The notes under the pieces: model-generated
What the model was told of the DNA's origin: nothing
The model's database searches: none
Seen by the model: only the letters and a program-made list of their open reading frames with translations
Shown: piece after piece, positions 59,371 through 64,000 of the stretch
How the letters are laid out: each line of letters starts with the position of its first letter
Numbering within the stretch: position 1 is the stretch's first letter
Translations under genes and position numbers: made by a program
Source of the DNA: an uncultured Actinomycetota bacterium
Lineage (GTDB): Bacteria; Actinomycetota; Actinomycetes; S36-B12; GCA-2699445
Length of the DNA stretch: 64,000 bases
Direction of reading: 5' to 3'
Assembly: GCA_963706835.1 (NCBI GenBank)
Contig: CAVPOB010000040.1
Location: 28,197-92,196 of the forward strand

Positions 59371-61214
59371 GGCGTAGCCGACTCGGTCGGGATGGTCGGG
59401 ATATCGGAGGGCGGCCGGCCGGACGGCGGCACCTCCAGCGCCGCCAGCGCGGCCTTCGTCACTTCGGTGAAGACCGGGCCTCCGAGCACCCCGCCGTAGT
59501 AGATCCCGCGCGGGTTGTCGAGCCAGACGCCCACCACCACGCGCGGCTCATCGGCCGGTGCCACACCGACGAAGGACGCCGTGTAGCCGCGGTAGCAGCC
59601 GCAGGCCGGGTCGACCCGCTCCGCCGTGCCGGTCTTGCCCCCCACTCGGTAGCCCGGGATCGCCGCCCCAGGCGCGGTGCCGTCCTCGGAGACCACCCGC
59701 TCCATCATCTCCACGACCGCGTCGGCGGTGTCGGCCGTCACCACCTCCCGCTCCTGCGAGGGCGGCGTGGATTGGACCGTGCCGTCCGGCCGCACGTAGG
59801 CGTCGATGAGTTTGGGCTCCACGCGGACTCCGTCGTTTGCCAGCGTTGCGAAGATATCGGCAATCTGCAGCGCACTCAGCGCCACGCCCTGACCGAACGC
59901 GATCGAGGGATAGGTCAACACGCCCCAGTCATCCAGCGGCGGCAGGATGCCCGAAGTCTCGCCCGGGTACTGCAGGCCGGTGGGCTGACCCACGCCGAAC
60001 GCCTGGAGATACTCGTAGTACCGCTGCTCCTCGATCTTCTCCGCGGCCAGGATCGTGCCGATGTTGCTGGACTCGGCGAGCACACCGGCCAGGGTCAGTT
60101 GCAGCGTGCCGTGCGGGGTGTGGTCCTTGAACACGTGCGGTCCGCGAGGCAGCCCGGGCGGCACGACGAATGGCGTCGTCGGCGTCGCGGCCCCTTCGTT
60201 GATCACGGCGGCGTGCGTGAGCACCTTGAAGGTGGAGCCCGGCTCGAAGGCGTTGGTGACCGGCCGGTTGCGCCAGTCGTCCTCGCTGCTCGCGCCCGGG
60301 GTGTTGGGGTCGAAGGTCGGCACGGTGGCCATGGCGAGGATCCGGCCGGTCCCCACCTCAAGCGCCACGACCATGCCGTAGTCGGCGCCCGAGTCGGCGA
60401 CCCGGCGGGCGATCGCGTCCTGAGCGACCCCCTGCAGATCGGCGTCGATCGTGAGCCGCACCCCCGTTCCGGGCACGGGCTCCACGCGCGCTACCTCGCT
60501 GCCGGGAATGATACTGCCGTCCGGTCCCCGCTCGGCGCGGACTTCGCCGGGCGCTCCGGCCAACTCCGGCTCCAGGCCATTCTCCAGACCGACTGCGCCT
60601 TCGCCTTCGGCGTTGGTGAAGCCGATGAGGTTGGCGGCCAATGGGCCGTTGGGGTAGGAGCGTTTGGTCAGGCGCTCGCTGAAGATCGCCTGCAGAGTGA
60701 CCGAATCGTTGTCGGAGTCGCTGCGCCAGTCCTGGATCGCGCGCCACTTGGCCGGATCGACTCCCTTGGCCAAGTACACGAAGCGCTTGTCGCCGGTGAG
60801 CTGCTCCTGCAACTGCGCGCGATCGACCTCCAGGATCGGTGACAGCACCGCTGCTGTGGCGGCCGGATCGACCACGAGCGTCTGATCCGCCGTGATGTTG
60901 CGCACCTCCACCGTCTGCGCCAACGGGCGGCCCTTGGCATCGCTGATCGTTCCCCGCTGCGCCGGGATGACCGATGTGCGCAAGCGCTGGTCCAGGCCGG
61001 CCGAGGCCAGTTCGTCGGAACGCAGCGCCTGCAACTCGATCAGCCGGCCCCCGAACAGCGTCAGCACGAAGAGGAAGGCCAGCAGCGCGACGCTGGATCG
61101 CCGCCGCGGGCTGGCGGCGCGGAACCGGCTGGCGCGGCGCCGTCGGCCAGGTGGCGCAACGGCCGGCCGCTGTGGCCGCGGTCGGGATCGCGGCGGGCTC
61201 TGCACCCCGGCCAT
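59367..61214 (-). CDS. ftsI: class B penicillin-binding protein (division transpeptidase FtsI/PBP3-like)
   Basis: Intact 615-aa ORF with an N-terminal TM, a dimerisation domain, and the transpeptidase motifs GSTFKV (SxxK), ESSNIG (SxN) and GKTGTA (KTG). Confidence 0.93.
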   Translation of the reverse strand: MAGVQSPPRSRPRPQRPAVAPPGRRRRASRFRAASPRRRSSVALLAFLFVLTLFGGRLIELQALRSDELASAGLDQRLRTSVIPAQRGTISDAKGRPLAQTVEVRNITADQTLVVDPAATAAVLSPILEVDRAQLQEQLTGDKRFVYLAKGVDPAKWRAIQDWRSDSDNDSVTLQAIFSERLTKRSYPNGPLAANLIGFTNAEGEGAVGLENGLEPELAGAPGEVRAERGPDGSIIPGSEVARVEPVPGTGVRLTIDADLQGVAQDAIARRVADSGADYGMVVALEVGTGRILAMATVPTFDPNTPGASSEDDWRNRPVTNAFEPGSTFKVLTHAAVINEGAATPTTPFVVPPGLPRGPHVFKDHTPHGTLQLTLAGVLAESSNIGTILAAEKIEEQRYYEYLQAFGVGQPTGLQYPGETSGILPPLDDWGVLTYPSIAFGQGVALSALQIADIFATLANDGVRVEPKLIDAYVRPDGTVQSTPPSQEREVVTADTADAVVEMMERVVSEDGTAPGAAIPGYRVGGKTGTAERVDPACGCYRGYTASFVGVAPADEPRVVVGVWLDNPRGIYYGGVLGGPVFTEVTKAALAALEVPPSGRPPSDIPTIPTESATP

Positions 61215-61999
61215 CAGTCCTCCCCCCTTGGCAGGACGGCCGCTCCGTCACCGCTCGGGGTCGGCGTCGGGGAGGGTGCGGGGCCGGCGCCTGCGGGGGC
61301 GGCGCCAGCGGCGGCGTCAGTTCCGGCGGCGCCATCGGGGGCGGCGCCAGTTGCGGAGGCCTCATCGGGAACGGGCAGCCGAGCACCGTCGCCGCGCGGC
61401 GGCGGCCCTGGGAGCGGCTCCGGCGTGGGGGTGGTCTGAACCCCGTCCGGCGCGGCGGGGAGGGGCGGCGCGAGCGGCTCCCGATCGGGGCGGCCCGTCG
61501 GCACCCGCGACGGCGCCGGGGCTGGCTCCGGCTCGGGCACGGTCACCTGCGGTGCGGGTGGCGATGGGGCTGCCTGCGCCGCCGCTGGCTCCAGGGCCCC
61601 CGACAGCCGCCCGGTGGCGGGATCGAGGAACGCCGGCGTGGTCGATGGCACCATGCCCAGGGCGGCGGCCGCCTGCTGCAGCGCGAATGGCGAGGCCAGC
61701 GATTCCACAGCCACCTCCAGCGACTGCTGCTGCTCGGTCTTGCGGGCCAACTCGCTCTCCAGCCTGCTCAGCGTGATGGAGCCGGCGGCCAGGGAGGTGT
61801 TCACGGTGAGCAGTGCCACCATGCCAGCGGCGAGCAGCGCGCCGACGATGACGGCGAACCGCCAGGAGGCCAATCCGTGGGGCAGGTGGAGCCGCGGAAG
61901 CAGCCCCGCGTCGGTCGCGGGACCGGGTTCGCGCCGGCTCTCGCCGACGGCCTCCTCGGGCGGGGCATCGCCGCCGGGCGGCCTGGTCAGGACGCTCAC
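61214..61999 (-). CDS. FtsL-like division membrane protein with a long Pro/Ala-rich C-terminal tail
   Basis: 261-aa ORF with a single TM (WRFAVIVGALLAAGMVALLTV) followed by a coiled segment (LSRLESELARKTEQQQSLEVAVESL) and a Pro-rich tail. Its position between rsmH and ftsI matches Mtb Rv2164c. Confidence 0.75.
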   Translation of the reverse strand: MSVLTRPPGGDAPPEEAVGESRREPGPATDAGLLPRLHLPHGLASWRFAVIVGALLAAGMVALLTVNTSLAAGSITLSRLESELARKTEQQQSLEVAVESLASPFALQQAAAALGMVPSTTPAFLDPATGRLSGALEPAAAQAAPSPPAPQVTVPEPEPAPAPSRVPTGRPDREPLAPPLPAAPDGVQTTPTPEPLPGPPPRGDGARLPVPDEASATGAAPDGAAGTDAAAGAAPAGAGPAPSPTPTPSGDGAAVLPRGED

Positions 62000-62970
62000 G
62001 CGGCCTCCCGCACGATCGCTCGCAGCCGCACCGAGGCCGCTCGCGGATTGGCCGCGACTTCGTCCGCCGCGGCCTGTTCCGCCCCTCTGGTCAGCAACCG
62101 GTAGTCGGCAGGCGGCCCCATCACCGGCAGATCCGCCGGCACCGGAGAAGTCGTGGCGCGCGCGAAGGCGCGTTTGACCATGCGGTCCTCCAGCGAGTGG
62201 TAGGACAGCACCACTGCTCGGCCCTGGACGGCCAATCGGTCCAGCAGGGCCGGCAGCACGCGCTGCAGCGCTCCGAGTTCGTCATTGACCTCGATCCGCA
62301 ACGCTTGGAAGACGCGCTTGGCGGGGTGACCACCTGTCCGCCGGGCCGGGGCCGGCACACCGGCACGCACGATGTCGGCCAGTTCGGCGGTCGAAGTGAT
62401 GCGGTCGCGACTGCGGGCCGCGACGATGGCGTCCGCGATGCGTGAGGCGAAACGCTCCTCGCCGTACTCGCGGAACACTCGCGCCAGCTCCTTCCCCGAG
62501 TAGTCGTTGACCACGTCGATCGCGGACCGCGCCGCGGACTGATCCATTCGCATGTCCAGGGCCGTGTCCCGAGCGTAGGCGAACCCCCGGTGCGCGGCGT
62601 CCAACTGCAGACTTGACACGCCGAGATCGAGCAGGACCGCAGCGACCGTCGAGATGCCCCGCTCGCTCAGCAGTTCGGGTAGCGCATCAAAAACGCTGTG
62701 CACCAGGACCGTCCGGCCGGCGGCGAAGGCCAGTCTGCGGCCGGCGATCTCCAGCGCCTCCCGATCGCGATCGATGCCCAGCAGCATTGCCGCCGGGGCC
62801 GCCTCCAGCAGGGCTGCCGCATGGCCGCCCATCCCGAGCGTGCCATCCACGACCCAGCGCGGCTCGGCACCGGCAGCGGACGGACCGGCCAAGGCTGGCA
62901 GCAGCAGTTCGACGACGCGTTCCAGCTTGACCGGGACATGCACCTCTGCGTCCGACGGCATACTCCGCAC
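61996..62970 (-). CDS. rsmH: 16S rRNA (cytosine1402-N4)-methyltransferase
   Basis: Intact 324-aa ORF: HVPVKLERVVELL...DGTLGMGGHA...DLGVSSLQLD...SYHSLEDR. Confidence 0.95.
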   Translation of the reverse strand: MRSMPSDAEVHVPVKLERVVELLLPALAGPSAAGAEPRWVVDGTLGMGGHAAALLEAAPAAMLLGIDRDREALEIAGRRLAFAAGRTVLVHSVFDALPELLSERGISTVAAVLLDLGVSSLQLDAAHRGFAYARDTALDMRMDQSAARSAIDVVNDYSGKELARVFREYGEERFASRIADAIVAARSRDRITSTAELADIVRAGVPAPARRTGGHPAKRVFQALRIEVNDELGALQRVLPALLDRLAVQGRAVVLSYHSLEDRMVKRAFARATTSPVPADLPVMGPPADYRLLTRGAEQAAADEVAANPRAASVRLRAIVREAA

Positions 62971-63110
62971 CCACCTTCACCCTGCAGCCAACGGTGCATC
63001 TGCCGATCGCCGGACTGCCCGTTGGACGACTCCTGGTCCCCGCCCGCACCGCTGGCCGCGATGGGTCGGATGGTGGCGATCGGCGTGCGGGGAAGTCACG
63101 CCGGTCACGC

Positions 63111-63137
63111 CCCGGGCACCGGGGAAGTGTGCCCGGG
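63111..63137 (-). ncRNA. GC hairpin in the mraZ-rsmH intergenic region (candidate mraW-type leader element)
   Basis: CCCGGGCAC (63111-63119) pairs with GTGCCCGGG (63129-63137) around a 9-nt loop, inside the 196-nt gap between the mraZ stop and the rsmH start. Confidence 0.35.
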
Positions 63138-63166
63138 CCTCGCTGCGGGAGGAGGCCGGAAGTCGC

Positions 63167-63601
63167 CTACGGGAGCAGTCCGGGGATCACCTCCTCATCG
63201 AGTCCGGAGAATGCGCGTTCCTGCTCGGCGAGGTAGCGCTGCCAAGCGTCGGGCTGCCAGATCTCGCACGTCGATCCGTTGCCCGCGATGACGACTTCGC
63301 CCTCCAGGCCCGCATAGGACCGCAGATCGGCGGGCAGCAGAATCCGGCCCTGCTTGTCGGGCGCCTGGTCGTTGGCCGAGGAGAACAGCACCCGCAGAAA
63401 GGCGCGCGCGGCGGCATTCGACCGTGAGGCCTCGTTCAAGCGTTCGGCGTAGCCGGCGAACTCGGCGGACGGCCACAGCACCAGGCAGCGGTCCTGCCCC
63501 TTGGTCAGCACGATCCCGTCCGCGAGTGCTTCGCGGTACTTGGCGGGCAACACGAGGCGGCCTTTGTCATCCAACCGCGGCGAGTACGTCCCCAGCAGCA
63601 T
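63167..63601 (-). CDS. mraZ: division/cell wall cluster transcriptional regulator MraZ
   Basis: MLLGTYSPRLDDKGRLVLPAKYREAL...DKQGRILLPADLRSYAGL (two SpoVT/AbrB-like halves). I chose ATG 63601 (GAGGAGG 8 nt upstream) rather than the ORF-track start at 63655. Confidence 0.93.
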   Translation of the reverse strand: MLLGTYSPRLDDKGRLVLPAKYREALADGIVLTKGQDRCLVLWPSAEFAGYAERLNEASRSNAAARAFLRVLFSSANDQAPDKQGRILLPADLRSYAGLEGEVVIAGNGSTCEIWQPDAWQRYLAEQERAFSGLDEEVIPGLLP

Positions 63602-63637
63602 CGGGCCACCTCCTCTCACCTCCCAGACCTGGTCATG

Positions 63638-63676
63638 CCCTCCATTGCGCTCCACAATAGCCCATAGTCCCCCACT
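63638..63676 (-). promoter_or_regulatory. candidate MraZ operator: four direct TGGRN repeats with 10-bp phasing
   Basis: The minus strand reads TGGGG-gacta-TGGGC-tattg-TGGAG-cgcaa-TGGAG, 37-75 nt upstream of the mraZ start. The geometry matches MraZ boxes described in other bacteria (TGGGN repeats with 5-nt spacers). Confidence 0.6.
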
Positions 63677-63789
63677 GTCTACCGAATTGAGCCCTCGAGC
63701 AGGTAGCCATCGGGCACCGTCCGCGCTGCGACGGGCGCGCGATGGGGTGGGCGTGTCGGCAACGGAATCGCTTCATGGGCATCTCGCGC

Positions 63790-64000
63790 TGTGGCGGACT
63801 GTGGGCGACCCCGGTGGACGTGCCTGTGCACCCGTTGCGGGGGTTGGCACCCGGGGCGGGCGCTGCGGGCGGCTCCGGGGCGGCTTGCGTGCACCCGGAA
63901 CGGGGGTTTGCACCCGCGACGGTGGCTGCGGGCGGCTTCGGGGCGGCTTGCGTGCACCCGGAACGGGGGTTTGCACCCGCGGCGGTGGCTGCGGGCGGCT
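63790..64000 (+). repeat. composite intergenic repeat, locus C: flank plus at least 3 direct 63-bp units, truncated by the window end
   Basis: Cores GTGCACCCGTTGCGGGGGTTGGCACCCGG (63826-63854) and GTGCACCCGGAACGGGGGTTTGCACCCGC (63889-63917 and 63952-63980). The linkers GACGGTGGCTGCGGGCGGCTTCGGGGCGGCTTGC are nearly identical to each other and resemble the reverse complement of the inverted units of locus B. Confidence 0.85.

Overview
This is a very GC-rich chromosomal core segment from an actinobacterium. Gene order matches the Streptomyces and Mycobacterium layout, and almost every gene is on the minus strand. In window order, the genes are: carB (partial), carA, a membrane protein, pyrC, pyrB, pyrR; divergent bldD; pyk; gltD and gltB; a methyltransferase; lgt; a DsbA-like protein; trpA, trpB, trpC; a two-component system plus a small HGxxPAAW protein; trpE; hisI; two small redox-family genes; hisF; priA, hisH, hisB, hisC, hisD; ybaK; dnaE; rluD; lspA; a histone-like/DksA fusion (DdbA-like); a DUF2510-trypsin protease; a T-box leader and ileS; an SRPBCC gene; then the division and cell-wall cluster yggT, sepF, yggS, pgeF, ftsZ, ftsQ, murC, murG, ftsW, murD, mraY, murF, murE, ftsI, ftsL-like, rsmH, mraZ. 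I found no rRNA, tRNA, transposase, integrase, cas gene or phage gene.

Three observations stand out.
1. A previously unrecognised (to me) composite intergenic repeat family occurs at three loci (about 36590-36955, 44671-45185 and 63790 to the window end). It is built from 63-64 bp periodic units that carry a conserved core of about 27 nt in both orientations.
2. Many conserved genes, including essential ones, are broken by apparent 1-nt indels. The breaks cluster in blocks (about 8.3-14.4 kb, 16.3-18.6 kb, 24.1-25.8 kb and 49.3-53.4 kb), while neighbouring multi-kb stretches are clean. This looks like regional sequence-quality error rather than gene decay, but it needs read-level confirmation.
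3. divIVA/wag31 is missing from its canonical position between ileS and yggT. That gap holds the largest repeat locus and an SRPBCC gene instead.

Regulatory RNA and operator candidates that can be read directly from the sequence are an ileS T-box with a Shine-Dalgarno (SD) sequestering helix, a PyrR-binding hairpin, a MraZ operator array, a hairpin between mraZ and rsmH, and two factor-independent terminator-like hairpins. All coordinates for frame-broken genes are reconstructions made by eye and are approximate at the break points.
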